Shown one piece after another: positions 1-10,588 of a stretch of 64,000 nucleotides of DNA. Every line of letters begins with the position of its first letter. Position 1 is the stretch's first letter. The stretch is from a virus. Lineage: Duplodnaviria; Caudoviricetes. The notes under the pieces were generated by a model. It did no database searches and was not told where the DNA came from. It saw only the letters and a program-made list of their open reading frames with translations. The stretch lies in IMG/VR virus record IMGVR_UViG_3300010885_059224, positions 1 to 64,000 of that record; one strand, written 5' to 3'. Both the position numbers and the translations under genes were made by a program.

Positions 1-1
1 C

Positions 2-2416
2 GTGATCACAGAGCCTTCTATCGGTATAGCAGAAACAGGCATAACTTATCGTGTTGGTGGGCTCTATGAAGATCCTGCTAACGTAGGTATCTACACGAGT
101 GTTCAGCCGATTTCAGGTACATACGTTTGGGCGGGGGCAACAACGGCTCCGTCAGTTCCTTCATTCTCAGTAGCGGCAGCTTATTCAGCCGCCTGGAGCG
201 GTCACAAGGCGCTGCGTATAATGAGTGATACCATTACAGCCACGGTAACAGGTGGAACTAATGCATCTAATGCCACGTTCTCAATCAGCTCTAAAAATGG
301 TGCTTTCGCAACAAAGACAGCAACCATAACAACCACAGGCTCAGGCGGATCACAGACCTGGTCCTTTGTTGTTGATACAGATGATGCCGGCAATACAATC
401 ACATTGACTCTCCCTAACGCAGCATCTTCTGCTAATGCACTTACAGTGGGCATGAGCTGGACATTAGGAGTTACAGCTTTATCAACTAACGCAACATATA
501 CAGCAGCAGGAACCTACTCTGGTACATCTGATGCAGTATACAAGCTGACCGTTGTTCGTGGAGGAGCATTCTACGACAGCACACTCAACAGCGGTGCAGG
601 TAATGCGGCCACTTGTGCGCAAGTAGCTATAACGGCCTCTAACGGAGATTCATCCGCAGCTGTTCTTGTTCCTCTTAACTCCGCGATAAACATTGGTAAT
701 TATGGAGTGACTGCAACGTTCACAGGTGGAACAACGAGCTCCAATGCAGGGTTAATTCAAGGAGACAGCTATTACATCAATGCTAAGTCAGCGACTCTCG
801 GAGCCGTTAACGTTATTCAATTAGCTGATAACCTCCCCAGCGCCACGATTAATAACAGCAATACTATGTATGTAACGCTGTCGCTCAACCAGGCATCTAT
901 CCAAGTTCCAACAGTGCAGAATCTCACCACAGGTACTTATAATTGGCAGTCTGTAGCAATTAATCAGCTTCAGCTCAACAGCGGAGTAACTACAACCGAC
1001 GCTAGTATTGTTTTTGGCGGTGCACCGCTGCCCCTTACAGTAACTTCCGCCAAGGTATTTATCGAACACAGAGATCTGACGACAGACAACACTGCCTCAA
1101 TCAGCTCTGTTAACAGTGAGGACGATGTGGCCATTAAATTAGGCACCATCCATCCTGATAACCCACTGGCTCAAGGTGTTTACAATGCAGTTTTAAACTC
1201 AAACGACACCACAGTCTACTTCATTGGTGTAGGATCTGACGATCTAGCTGGTTACAATGCCGCAATCGCAATCGCACAGAAGAACGACGCTGTTTATGGT
1301 TTTGTTCCCCTGACATTCGACCGCACCATTCAGCAGGCTGTAGTTGCTCACGTTAATGCTTACAGCACTCCTAACGTAGGTCTATGGCGTGTGGCTTGGT
1401 TGTCACAGCAGGACTTAACGACAGCCGTACTTTATGGAACAGGCTCAACCCTCGGGCAGGTGAATAACACCACAGGCTCAACCCCAACTCCTTGGGTGGC
1501 TACCGTTGCTGACGATCCAATTAATGCTGGAACTCAGTACACTTTAGTCACAATTCCTGGAGCTACATTAATAACTAATGGAGTTCGTGCTGGTGATTCC
1601 CTCAGAATTAACTTCGCGACAGACGCTAATGGAAATCAGACCTACTCACAGTACACTGTGAGCCAAGTCAGGAGCCAGACTTCATTCACAATTACTTCAG
1701 GGCTTTCAGCACCTATCGTTTCCCCTGTGTTAGCTCAGATCGTACGCAACTATACTCTCGACGAGCGTGCAAACAATATTGCAGCAATCGCCGGTAGCTA
1801 TAGAAACCGCCGCGTTCGTGTGGTATTCCCTGATACTTATAAGTATAATAACGTTACGTACTCTGGTTACTTCATGGCAGCAGCCCTCGCGGGATTACGT
1901 GCCGGTGTTGTCCCCCACCAGGGATTAACAAATACTGTGGTGCTTGGCGCCGACAATCTTAACAAGGTTGTTAATGTATTTAACCAAGATCAACTTAACG
2001 TTATGGCCTCACAGGGTGTGTGGTTGGTATCTCAGAGCATTGTTGGAGCTACACCTTATGTACGCCACCAGCTGACATCTGATGCAACAAGCCTTAACAC
2101 CTCAGAAGATTCCATCACCACGAATGTGGATAATATCAGCTACGGGTTAAAGAGAATCCTCGCTCCTTATATCGGAACATACAATATCAATCCTGAGAAT
2201 GTTCAAGTTATCAAGGACGCGGTTATCAGCCAGATGAACTTCTATGCGACACAGACATATACTGTGCGCGCAGGTAATCAGCTGGTGAGCTTCACTCCCG
2301 CCACAGATATCCTACAGATTCAACAAAATTCTAACTACAAAGATCGCATTGATGTTAAGTTGCAGTTACACGTACCGTACCCGCTGAACTACATTAATCT
2401 GACCGTTGTAGTATAA
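2..2416 (+). CDS. Contractile tail sheath protein (probably 5'-truncated by the window)
   Basis: Sheath-like C-terminus (AAALAGLRAG..PHQGLTN, VRHQLTS, DRIDVKLQLHVPYPLNYINLTVVV); Thr/Ser/Gly-rich insertion domains; lies upstream of a tube-sized gene. Confidence 0.8.
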   Translation: MITEPSIGIAETGITYRVGGLYEDPANVGIYTSVQPISGTYVWAGATTAPSVPSFSVAAAYSAAWSGHKALRIMSDTITATVTGGTNASNATFSISSKNGAFATKTATITTTGSGGSQTWSFVVDTDDAGNTITLTLPNAASSANALTVGMSWTLGVTALSTNATYTAAGTYSGTSDAVYKLTVVRGGAFYDSTLNSGAGNAATCAQVAITASNGDSSAAVLVPLNSAINIGNYGVTATFTGGTTSSNAGLIQGDSYYINAKSATLGAVNVIQLADNLPSATINNSNTMYVTLSLNQASIQVPTVQNLTTGTYNWQSVAINQLQLNSGVTTTDASIVFGGAPLPLTVTSAKVFIEHRDLTTDNTASISSVNSEDDVAIKLGTIHPDNPLAQGVYNAVLNSNDTTVYFIGVGSDDLAGYNAAIAIAQKNDAVYGFVPLTFDRTIQQAVVAHVNAYSTPNVGLWRVAWLSQQDLTTAVLYGTGSTLGQVNNTTGSTPTPWVATVADDPINAGTQYTLVTIPGATLITNGVRAGDSLRINFATDANGNQTYSQYTVSQVRSQTSFTITSGLSAPIVSPVLAQIVRNYTLDERANNIAAIAGSYRNRRVRVVFPDTYKYNNVTYSGYFMAAALAGLRAGVVPHQGLTNTVVLGADNLNKVVNVFNQDQLNVMASQGVWLVSQSIVGATPYVRHQLTSDATSLNTSEDSITTNVDNISYGLKRILAPYIGTYNINPENVQVIKDAVISQMNFYATQTYTVRAGNQLVSFTPATDILQIQQNSNYKDRIDVKLQLHVPYPLNYINLTVVV

Positions 2417-2667
2417 TGGATACATTTGAAACAGGATTTCTAAGCTTTGCAACAGAGTTTGGTTTGTCTCCCAAAGAGGCAAGCCAGCTCTGGAAAAGAG
2501 CTAATGAATACCCAGGCTCCCCTGAGGTGTTTAAGAAATTAGATATACCGGCAACATCAACACATGAAAACCTAGGTAATGAAGAATTATCTAATTTATC
2601 TAAGTTGATGGAGCAACAAAAAATTCAACAAGAACTACAAGCAATCAAACAAAATCTAGGAATTTAA
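2416..2667 (+). CDS. Hypothetical protein (83 aa)
   Basis: TAATG-coupled to the sheath gene; no recognisable motif. Confidence 0.6.
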   Translation: MDTFETGFLSFATEFGLSPKEASQLWKRANEYPGSPEVFKKLDIPATSTHENLGNEELSNLSKLMEQQKIQQELQAIKQNLGI

Positions 2668-2876
2668 TGAAAGTTGTAGTAACAGGAGATTTTAGAGAAC
2701 CAATTTTATTAGACACCGATAAAGCCACAGGACTACTAATCTATTCTGATGATGGATCACCAAACGTGATCTACAGAATTATAGGAAATGGGAAAGCCTG
2801 GGTGAGATACACAAAAGGAGAAGACAACAATTTTAACGATGTAGCTAGACAATTGGGACTAATTAATTTAAAATAA
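2667..2876 (+). CDS. Hypothetical protein (69 aa)
   Basis: TAATG-coupled to the previous ORF. Confidence 0.6.
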   Translation: MKVVVTGDFREPILLDTDKATGLLIYSDDGSPNVIYRIIGNGKAWVRYTKGEDNNFNDVARQLGLINLK

Positions 2877-2904
2877 TATAAACAATAACAGGAGATAAAA
2901 TACT

Positions 2905-3348
2905 ATGGCCGATCTATTTAACCGTCAAGACACAACAATTAAGACCCCGGTAACGGCGGATAATTGCCTTATTACCTGGGGCGGCACTATCGCTGCTGCT
3001 ATGCAGGTTCAAATTTCTTACCAGCAGCAGGTTCAACGCCGCAGAACAATTGGTAACCAGAATGCAATCATTTACGCAACATATCCTGTGGGGCAAGTAA
3101 CAATTGCAAGGCTTATTGCAGACACCGGGTCTGATATATTTGGTGCGCAGGGTTGGTCAGCATGTACACCTGGACAAATCACATTCTCGATGACTGGTGG
3201 AAAAGGCAGCAATTGCTCAACAGGAGGCTTTAGCCTTACTGCTAGGGGTTGTGTTGTAAGCCAATACAGCCTCTCCGCAGAAGCAGAAGGATTAACTGTG
3301 GTTGATAATATCACCGTAGAGTTCATAGAATTAGTTCGCGCAGGCTGA
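2905..3348 (+). CDS. Tail tube protein
   Basis: 147 aa, beta-rich pattern (QVQISYQQQVQRRRTIG ... VVSQYSLSAEAEGLTVVDNITVEF), downstream of the sheath, AGGAG RBS, followed by a terminator. Confidence 0.6.
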   Translation: MADLFNRQDTTIKTPVTADNCLITWGGTIAAAMQVQISYQQQVQRRRTIGNQNAIIYATYPVGQVTIARLIADTGSDIFGAQGWSACTPGQITFSMTGGKGSNCSTGGFSLTARGCVVSQYSLSAEAEGLTVVDNITVEFIELVRAG

Positions 3349-3370
3349 TATAAGATAAATAAAGTAAAGT

Positions 3371-3408
3371 GGCCTCACCAGTTAATCTCTGGTGGGGCCT
3401 TTTTATTT
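3371..3408 (+). terminator. Rho-independent terminator
   Basis: GGCCTCACCAG / CTGGTGGGGCC stem followed by TTTTTATTT. Confidence 0.85.
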
Positions 3409-3450
3409 CTTGCAATATAGGAGCATACAACTATATTCAATACACAGCAT

Positions 3451-5853
3451 ATGGATATTAAAGGATTATTCTCAGAAGCAACGAGAGAGTTTAGCACAGC
3501 GAATAGTACCGGCGGACAAATGTCGTTATTCACTGGGGTTGTGATAACCTCCACCGCAGCTACGTACACAGTTTCCGTGGTTAGGGAAAGCTACTCTACA
3601 GATAACGCAGATGGTGGAAACACCATACAAGGTATAGTGATTTCATCACACCTCGCATCATTCTTTGGCTTTAAAGAGGTATCTATTCCTCAGCCAGGTA
3701 GTCGTGTATTGTGTGCTTCTAGCAGTGTAAATACCTGCTATATTCTAGGAGTAATCCCGCAGAATAATTTGAGTTCTGAGCTCATACCTGGAAGAGTTAC
3801 TGCGGGAGCTGTGTGCGCAGGATCTGATGATGCGCAAAGAATGGGACACAAAGATAAGAATCCAGTTATACCCAATAACCGTAGACCCACTGATGTTGTT
3901 GATGGTGAATATGTGGTAGTTAATGAGTTTGGCGTGCTCTTAGGCTTATTTCAAGAACTAGCTACCCTCAAGGCTTCAGAATTATCTCAAGTACAATGCC
4001 ATCTGTTAGACGACCTTGTGCGGATTATCAGTCATAATTTCCAACATTATACCGCACTTGGAGAGTACAACGTTTGGCATGATGGTAAATCCTTAATGGC
4101 TGAATTTGGAGCTACACACATCCCTAGCGAAGGCCTCGGTCGCCCATCAGTAGATTCTGATAATGGTGGTGAACCTATATTTGAAAAGACTAGCAAAAAT
4201 AAACCAGATGACTCTGAAGATTTTTATAAAATAAAAGAAGATGAGAGAATTGTAGCTATAGAGAGGTTTAAAGTTTTCCTTGGGAGGCTTGGGGATTTTC
4301 TTCATGTATTTTTGGTAAAGCCGGACGATAAAGAAGTACGCACGCTAAACCCAGAAAACAAGCCTACAAAACCCGACACTGGGTTGTTTGATTTCCACCT
4401 CGGAACAGATGGTGGTGTACACATAAGAAGTGTAAAGGAAATATTTTTGGAAAAAACAAGTTGGATACGTGTACCGACCAGGTATAGCGCACCAGAAGAT
4501 CCAAAGGGAGATGACGCTACTGAAATAGCTTACGAAAAAAAAGAAGCATTCGAGTGGACTAATGACTACCAGTATAAAGAAAATCCTTATCATTATTTTT
4601 TACAAATCCGAGATTATGTTGCTTATGTTAACGAAGTCGCAGCATACAAAAATTTTAAAACCCACGAAAAAGACTTTTATGTTAATGACGAGCTAGATAA
4701 AGAAAAAAAGCTAAGCGAAATTCATAATGTCGATGAGCATACACCACTAGGACAAGAGCAATACAAACTAAGAGCCGCGGGTGTTTATTTAATGCCGAAT
4801 GGTGGAATAACTATTAAAGATGCTTGGAATAGTGCGATTGTAATGGAGGGCGGCAACATATATATCCAACCCGCAAAAGACCTTATAGTGCAACCCCTTC
4901 GTAATTTCATTGCGAAAGTGGGAGGTTGGACAAGTATAGCCAGCAAAGAAGACATAGATTTATCCTCTAGCGAAAAGGGGTTCAGGCTTAAGACGCAAAA
5001 GTCACAGTATTTTTACAGCGACGAGTCAGGCATAGTGCTCCAAGCTAACTCAAAAAATGCCAGCACAGGATCACCAGACCCAGCTGAAAACGCTATTTCC
5101 GATGTTGGAGGAATCGTACTCAAGTCTACAGTAGGCATATATAACTATGCAGAGACTGAGATTGTATATTTCGCAAAACAAAATATAACTTTTCAATCGC
5201 TTAAAAACATCTTCATAGAGGCGAAAGACTTATTAGGGTTATCATCATCAGATGGCCCTGTTTTAACCTACGCAAGCCAAATAGTTAGTGTAGGTGAGCA
5301 ATCTGCAATATTTATATCTACAGAGGGTTCAGCAATTTGCGCCGGAGCTAAAATTACAGCACTTGGTAAGAAAGATGAATATTTAGGTATTCAGTATGAC
5401 AAAGATAGCTTTTTTATTGATATTTTGAAGGGGGCTGTTCCATTTGATGAAATAACGACAGAACTAGCAAAGATTTCGCCCGCACTTAAAAACCCAATTC
5501 AGAACACAGTATTCAATACTGAAGATAAATTCAAACAGCTGGATTTTAAATTTTTATCCTCAGATATTTATGGTATAAGTGCAAGCTCAGACGCTATCCC
5601 GGCGACTATGGCACAGCAAGACGATCAGCTCACGGGGCTATACAGCTTAGAAGCTTGGGAAGAAAAAGAAATTAATAGTAGTTTCCCATACCCAGGTAAA
5701 GAGAAGTTTGATGAATTTTATCTAGCATCAGAAGCACCTAAAAATTTGCAAGTAGACCCATCAGGGAAGGGGTCAACCAGCAAAGCCAAATCAGAAAATA
5801 AGCCCGGCAAAATTACACTGAAGTCATTGAAGGAATACAAAATACAAAAATAA
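3451..5853 (+). CDS. Baseplate spike / VgrG-gp5-like puncturing protein
   Basis: N-terminal OB-fold-like signature (SIPQPGSRVLC..YILGVIP) and a long run of short beta-strand repeats (GGITIKD..IVMEGGNIYIQP); position in the tail operon. Confidence 0.5.
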   Translation: MDIKGLFSEATREFSTANSTGGQMSLFTGVVITSTAATYTVSVVRESYSTDNADGGNTIQGIVISSHLASFFGFKEVSIPQPGSRVLCASSSVNTCYILGVIPQNNLSSELIPGRVTAGAVCAGSDDAQRMGHKDKNPVIPNNRRPTDVVDGEYVVVNEFGVLLGLFQELATLKASELSQVQCHLLDDLVRIISHNFQHYTALGEYNVWHDGKSLMAEFGATHIPSEGLGRPSVDSDNGGEPIFEKTSKNKPDDSEDFYKIKEDERIVAIERFKVFLGRLGDFLHVFLVKPDDKEVRTLNPENKPTKPDTGLFDFHLGTDGGVHIRSVKEIFLEKTSWIRVPTRYSAPEDPKGDDATEIAYEKKEAFEWTNDYQYKENPYHYFLQIRDYVAYVNEVAAYKNFKTHEKDFYVNDELDKEKKLSEIHNVDEHTPLGQEQYKLRAAGVYLMPNGGITIKDAWNSAIVMEGGNIYIQPAKDLIVQPLRNFIAKVGGWTSIASKEDIDLSSSEKGFRLKTQKSQYFYSDESGIVLQANSKNASTGSPDPAENAISDVGGIVLKSTVGIYNYAETEIVYFAKQNITFQSLKNIFIEAKDLLGLSSSDGPVLTYASQIVSVGEQSAIFISTEGSAICAGAKITALGKKDEYLGIQYDKDSFFIDILKGAVPFDEITTELAKISPALKNPIQNTVFNTEDKFKQLDFKFLSSDIYGISASSDAIPATMAQQDDQLTGLYSLEAWEEKEINSSFPYPGKEKFDEFYLASEAPKNLQVDPSGKGSTSKAKSENKPGKITLKSLKEYKIQK

Positions 5854-5858
5854 AACAT

Positions 5859-6401
5859 ATGGAAGAACAAGAACAAACAAACCCAGAATCACAAATTGCA
5901 GAAGATAAAAGTATTATAGCTAACTTGCCACCTATAAACAAAGGGCTCGCCATAACAGAAGAAGATAAAGAAGCATTTTTTAAATCTGTATTATCGGATC
6001 AACCCTACATGGAAAAGATCGATTTATTCGGAGGAAAAATGAGTATCCTTCTTAAAACAATGAGCGTTGAAGAGAATAATGATATTGTGGCACAGATAGA
6101 GAATGATAAAAATAATAATCTAGCAGAAAATAATGACGCATACTTTATCACAATCTCGACCTACAGGCTCGCTTTATGTCTTGTGGAGATAGATGGTCAA
6201 GTCTACCAGGATATAGACAAGAATTCATTTAAACGAACTGATGACGGCATTACTTATGTAGGTGCTAGGGCACAGGCAATGCTAGGCTGGCCCACATTTA
6301 AATTATCAGCTTTCTTAGGCGCGTTTAACGACTTTGAGGCAAAGATAGTGAAATTAACAAGTGAGGTAAGAACTACAAATTTTTGGACAGCCAGCGCGTA
6401 A
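5859..6401 (+). CDS. Tail assembly chaperone (gpG-like)
   Basis: Acidic 180-aa ORF two genes upstream of the tape measure gene, ending in a slippery heptamer. Confidence 0.6.
   Translation: MEEQEQTNPESQIAEDKSIIANLPPINKGLAITEEDKEAFFKSVLSDQPYMEKIDLFGGKMSILLKTMSVEENNDIVAQIENDKNNNLAENNDAYFITISTYRLALCLVEIDGQVYQDIDKNSFKRTDDGITYVGARAQAMLGWPTFKLSAFLGAFNDFEAKIVKLTSEVRTTNFWTASA
6377..6383 (+). other. Programmed -1 frameshift site A_AAT_TTT
   Basis: In-frame X_XXY_YYZ heptamer; the -1 frame opens directly into ORF 6383..6751. Confidence 0.7.
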
Positions 6402-6751
6402 GGTTATTAACCACAGGTTACCTTCGTGGCTGGCTTAGTTTTGAACATAAGCAAAAAACCTCCGCTGTTAGGGAGGAAATAATATTATATAGGTTAGAGG
6501 GGGAGGAATACGAAGATCTACTTAAAGAGAGACTTCGTAAAGACACCGTATTGGTTGCGGGGCTAAATAATAAGACTAATAGCCTCTTAAAAATGATAGA
6601 GGATACATATCAATTATACCTTGGATTGAAATTGCCAGAACTCGCTAAGAAGCTTAAAATAGGGGTTAAACAGGAAATTTCATCACAATCGCTATCAGAT
6701 ATGCGTAAAATTCTAGAAGACGCCAAAAAGAAGGCCGCCCTACCTAAATAA
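6383..6751 (+). CDS. Tail assembly chaperone frameshift extension (gpT-like)
   Basis: Overlaps the previous ORF in the -1 frame; nominal start is TTG with no RBS; abuts the tape measure gene. Confidence 0.6.
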   Translation: MDSQRVRLLTTGYLRGWLSFEHKQKTSAVREEIILYRLEGEEYEDLLKERLRKDTVLVAGLNNKTNSLLKMIEDTYQLYLGLKLPELAKKLKIGVKQEISSQSLSDMRKILEDAKKKAALPK

Positions 6752-6753
6752 TC

Positions 6754-9700
6754 ATGCCAGACGAGATATCATCATTCCCCGGATACGAAACATATAGTCA
6801 ATATCGCCCGTACGGCAATAACTATGGTAATCCTATTCTTAACGCTTTAGCTTTTGGTGCTTTTGGTTCTAACTACGCCCCTCGCCCAGGAGAAGGACAG
6901 AGCTATTACGACGCTTCGATAGAACGAAGCAGAACTCGTCAGTTTATGGGGCTTCAGGGCTCGGAGTTTGCTAGTAATATGGCCTTCAAGGCTGCAGGCA
7001 TTAACCCAAACAATTCCACCCTTCAGATGATAGGTAGGAATTTCGCCTCCCCTGACAGCGGGCTAGCAAGGTTATTATCTCCCATGGTTGGTGGTAACCC
7101 AATGGCTGCAGCACAGGGATTATATGCAGGAATGCAGGGAGCCAATATAATGGGAGCTTTCGGCCGCCCAGAGGGAGTCACAGCGAAGGAAACTTCCCAA
7201 ATGATGCGAGTACTGGAAAAGAGCTTCTATAAGAAAGAGGGAATTGGTGATGTGGCGAATAAAATGGATGCAGAGTACAGTAATAGACTTTTAAACGATC
7301 CTGTTTTAGCTGAGCAATCAGGTATAGGTACCTTGTCAGAAGACGAGTCAAACGACGCTAAGAGCACTGGAGCAGATCGTAGAAAGGGAGTCATGGCGCT
7401 CAATAAAGAAGCAGATAGCCTAGCTGAAAATGAAACCAGGAGAGGCACAAAAGATTTCAACAAAGAGTTGTCTAAGCAGCTTAGTGAACATATCGAGAAA
7501 GTATTAATAAAATCAAATAAACTTACATCAGAAGAATTAAAAAAGGCTAGAGATTCTAATGGGATTGTTAAGCCTGAGGTTATTCGTAATCTTACAAGAA
7601 CAGAATTACAAAGAGCGGGGATAGAGGAGAAAGGACTCAACTACGACGCTATTAAAAATACAAAATTAAGTGAGATAGCAGATAAAGTTAATGAAGGACG
7701 GAGATCTAAAGATATAAGGTTGGATATAATTAGTCAGGCTAGACGAGAGTATAATAGTGCTACAACAAACGAAGAAAAAATTGCAGCTAATAAAAAAATA
7801 AGAGAACAACTTACAGGGTTGGGCATAAAAGAGCCCGGACAATTTTTGGGCTTCGGAGCAGCGAAGAAAATAGATGAAAAGTTTCTGAATGAGCAAGAGG
7901 CTAAGCAGAAAGCTGTTAACTATACCGAGTATAAGGCTGCACAGTATAAGCAATATCAAGAAGCCGGAGGTAGGTATAGCGGAATTAACTTCGCAAATAC
8001 AAGAGGGTTCAATATTGAAGATTTCACTTCCGGATTTAAATCCTCATCAGAATTGGGTATGTTGGGAGGGAAGTCTAAGGACATGGTTGGTAAGTTTGAT
8101 AATTTTATGCAAAATTCTGGTGGCACTCTTAGCGCGGCAAGGTCGGTTTTTGGGAATAAATCAGGTTCTGAGCTTGTAGGGAAAATAAGCGATTTGATGG
8201 GAACATCTGGTATAGACATGTCCTCTAAAGAGGGGTCTTCTGAAGTAGAACAATATCTGAGATCAATGAAGGCGACAGCCCGCATCGCGGGCGTTAGCAT
8301 GCATGCCATGCTGGACACTATTGATGCCGCTAAAGAATTAGCCAAGAACAACCCAAGGCTGAGTACATTAAGTGCAGGAGCTGCTGCAGACATGACCACC
8401 AAAGCCTTTCAAACCGCTAGCGCCATGTCAGGCGTAATGACCGGGACCGATATTAGAAAGGCCGGTGGACAGCAGGGTATGGTTGCTGCGAGTATAACAG
8501 AACAGCAAAAATTACTTAGTTCAGACATGGGGCAAGGTATTGTAGCGCTCCAACAAATGTTTGCTGGGGATAAAAAGAAATCCGCCGCCATGAAGAAAGC
8601 TCTAGAGCAATTCCCTCATGGAGTAAGACAAGACCAATTACCGGAATTAATGGAATCTATTATGAGTCAGAAGGGTATGGAGGATGTCAGCCGAGCAGAC
8701 CTGATGAACGGCATGAACAATAAGTTCTACCAGGATGAGGGCAATAAAAATAAAGATTTTGCGGGCAAAGCTACAGATATGATGAAGGACACAATAAAGA
8801 GTCAGCTATATACACATTTATTTGATGCCTCGGATGTGGATGTTAATCGCGAGGGATTCGCTGCTGCCTATGAGCAGGCCAAAGAAAAAAATCCAGAACT
8901 ACAAGAGCAGGATTTCAAATCTACCTATGTCCAACAGCAGATAGCTGAGGGATATAAAAAAGCCAGAGCAGAAGACCCTAACTTAAGCATGGATAGTTAT
9001 ATGGGTACTTTTCTACGCAAGGATGCATACGCAGCCTCGCTGTTTGGTCAAGCACCCAGTACATTCAAAGAAGGTATTGCTAGAACTATAGACCCTAAAT
9101 ATTTTGAAAAAGTGGATAAGATGAGAGAGCAGGACATCGCCACGGACAAAGAGATGGATGAAAAATATGCATCACGGTATGCGCAACCTATCACCCAACT
9201 AATGTCTACATTAGCCAGTGGTAAAGGTTTTGGTGAAGGTGAGGCGGAAAAATTAATGGGAATTTTTGGTGATGCCCCAGGCTCCGAAAAGCTCAAGGAG
9301 GGATTCCAGAGAGCCGTTGTTTCTGCTGGTCAAGGGGATGGCGACGAAGCATTAGCGGGCACCGCGGCAGGAATATCCGAAGCCACGGGAGAGACCATAA
9401 CGGGCGAAGACATCAAGAACATGGCCACCGCCGGTTTTAGAGAAAAAGATAATAAAGAGGCACTTAAGAGGTTAGATACCCTGGCTGGTAAGAAAAATAG
9501 GAGCGCTACTGAAGAAATGGAGTTCAAAGCTCTACAAGCAGCTAAGAAGCAGAAAATTTTAGATAGCGGAGAAGCTTATAAGGCTGCAAAGGAAGGTGTT
9601 GGTCAGGGGCACGATGGAGCTGCCGTTACCGCAGCATCAATAATGGCCCAGCGGGATGATGCAGCCGTGAAAGAGTTTGATGAAGACACAGGAGCTAAGA

Positions 9701-10125
9701 AAATCCAGAGCCTAGACCAATTACTCACAGACACCGCAAAAGATGCCGCCAAGGGCACCTCCCCAGAAGATGCTGAGATTGATACAGATATAAATACACT
9801 CAAAGACTTCTATGGCAACGATACAAAAAAGATGATGGACGATGCTAGGAAGAAAGTGGGGTTATTTGATAAAGATAGTAAAGTCTCAAAAGAATATGGG
9901 GTAGACCTCACAAGCGATAGATTTGCGAGTGTTAGGAACAGTATCGAACAAAAGGCGGAAGACTACGAATCAAGCAGAGCAAAACTAACTGGCGCTGGAG
10001 ATGGTGATGCAGCAGCAAAAAGTAACCCCCAGGAAGATATGAATAAGAACCTATCCGCATTAACCGCGGAGCTGCAGGGTGGTACACTAGCAAAAGCGGT
10101 TGAACTCTTGGCCGGTAAAGTATAA
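6754..10125 (+). CDS. Tape measure protein
   Basis: 1123 aa, helix-prone Ala/Gly/Lys/Met-rich composition, directly after the G/GT-like pair. Confidence 0.65.
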   Translation: MPDEISSFPGYETYSQYRPYGNNYGNPILNALAFGAFGSNYAPRPGEGQSYYDASIERSRTRQFMGLQGSEFASNMAFKAAGINPNNSTLQMIGRNFASPDSGLARLLSPMVGGNPMAAAQGLYAGMQGANIMGAFGRPEGVTAKETSQMMRVLEKSFYKKEGIGDVANKMDAEYSNRLLNDPVLAEQSGIGTLSEDESNDAKSTGADRRKGVMALNKEADSLAENETRRGTKDFNKELSKQLSEHIEKVLIKSNKLTSEELKKARDSNGIVKPEVIRNLTRTELQRAGIEEKGLNYDAIKNTKLSEIADKVNEGRRSKDIRLDIISQARREYNSATTNEEKIAANKKIREQLTGLGIKEPGQFLGFGAAKKIDEKFLNEQEAKQKAVNYTEYKAAQYKQYQEAGGRYSGINFANTRGFNIEDFTSGFKSSSELGMLGGKSKDMVGKFDNFMQNSGGTLSAARSVFGNKSGSELVGKISDLMGTSGIDMSSKEGSSEVEQYLRSMKATARIAGVSMHAMLDTIDAAKELAKNNPRLSTLSAGAAADMTTKAFQTASAMSGVMTGTDIRKAGGQQGMVAASITEQQKLLSSDMGQGIVALQQMFAGDKKKSAAMKKALEQFPHGVRQDQLPELMESIMSQKGMEDVSRADLMNGMNNKFYQDEGNKNKDFAGKATDMMKDTIKSQLYTHLFDASDVDVNREGFAAAYEQAKEKNPELQEQDFKSTYVQQQIAEGYKKARAEDPNLSMDSYMGTFLRKDAYAASLFGQAPSTFKEGIARTIDPKYFEKVDKMREQDIATDKEMDEKYASRYAQPITQLMSTLASGKGFGEGEAEKLMGIFGDAPGSEKLKEGFQRAVVSAGQGDGDEALAGTAAGISEATGETITGEDIKNMATAGFREKDNKEALKRLDTLAGKKNRSATEEMEFKALQAAKKQKILDSGEAYKAAKEGVGQGHDGAAVTAASIMAQRDDAAVKEFDEDTGAKKIQSLDQLLTDTAKDAAKGTSPEDAEIDTDINTLKDFYGNDTKKMMDDARKKVGLFDKDSKVSKEYGVDLTSDRFASVRNSIEQKAEDYESSRAKLTGAGDGDAAAKSNPQEDMNKNLSALTAELQGGTLAKAVELLAGKV

Positions 10126-10136
10126 TATTAACCATT

Positions 10137-10583
10137 ATGGCCGCAACATATTATTCAGCAGGTGGGGGTGACTTATTTAAACGCCAAACCGGTGGTGCTT
10201 CCTCTATTCTAAAAATACCTTTACTGGATGATATAATAGGCACTAGCGGACTTGCAATTTATTCTGATGTAACAATGCAGCTAGGCGAGACTATTCAATA
10301 TTTTTTAACATTTGATGACGTAATTAAATATGTACATTTCGGTAAAGGTGTAGGAAATATAGCAGTAAGTGGTGTTTTATTTTCCGATTGCTCTGGCCAA
10401 ATGCCCGGAGCGGCCAGATTTTTACAGGCCTTTTCTTCACTAAGAGGAAAAAGCCAGCAGATTACTCTAGGTAATCAAACCTTTACAGTAATTGTGACTA
10501 ACTGTAATTTATCACTTTTGGCTGAGCCTGACTTTATGGCTAACTTTCAAATGATCTTTTCTGTGGTGGATCATCAATTATAA
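10137..10583 (+). CDS. Putative tube-initiator / baseplate protein
   Basis: 148-aa beta-rich protein directly after the tape measure gene (YVHFGKGVGNIAVSGVLF). Confidence 0.4.
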   Translation: MAATYYSAGGGDLFKRQTGGASSILKIPLLDDIIGTSGLAIYSDVTMQLGETIQYFLTFDDVIKYVHFGKGVGNIAVSGVLFSDCSGQMPGAARFLQAFSSLRGKSQQITLGNQTFTVIVTNCNLSLLAEPDFMANFQMIFSVVDHQL

Positions 10584-10588
10584 CTCAT

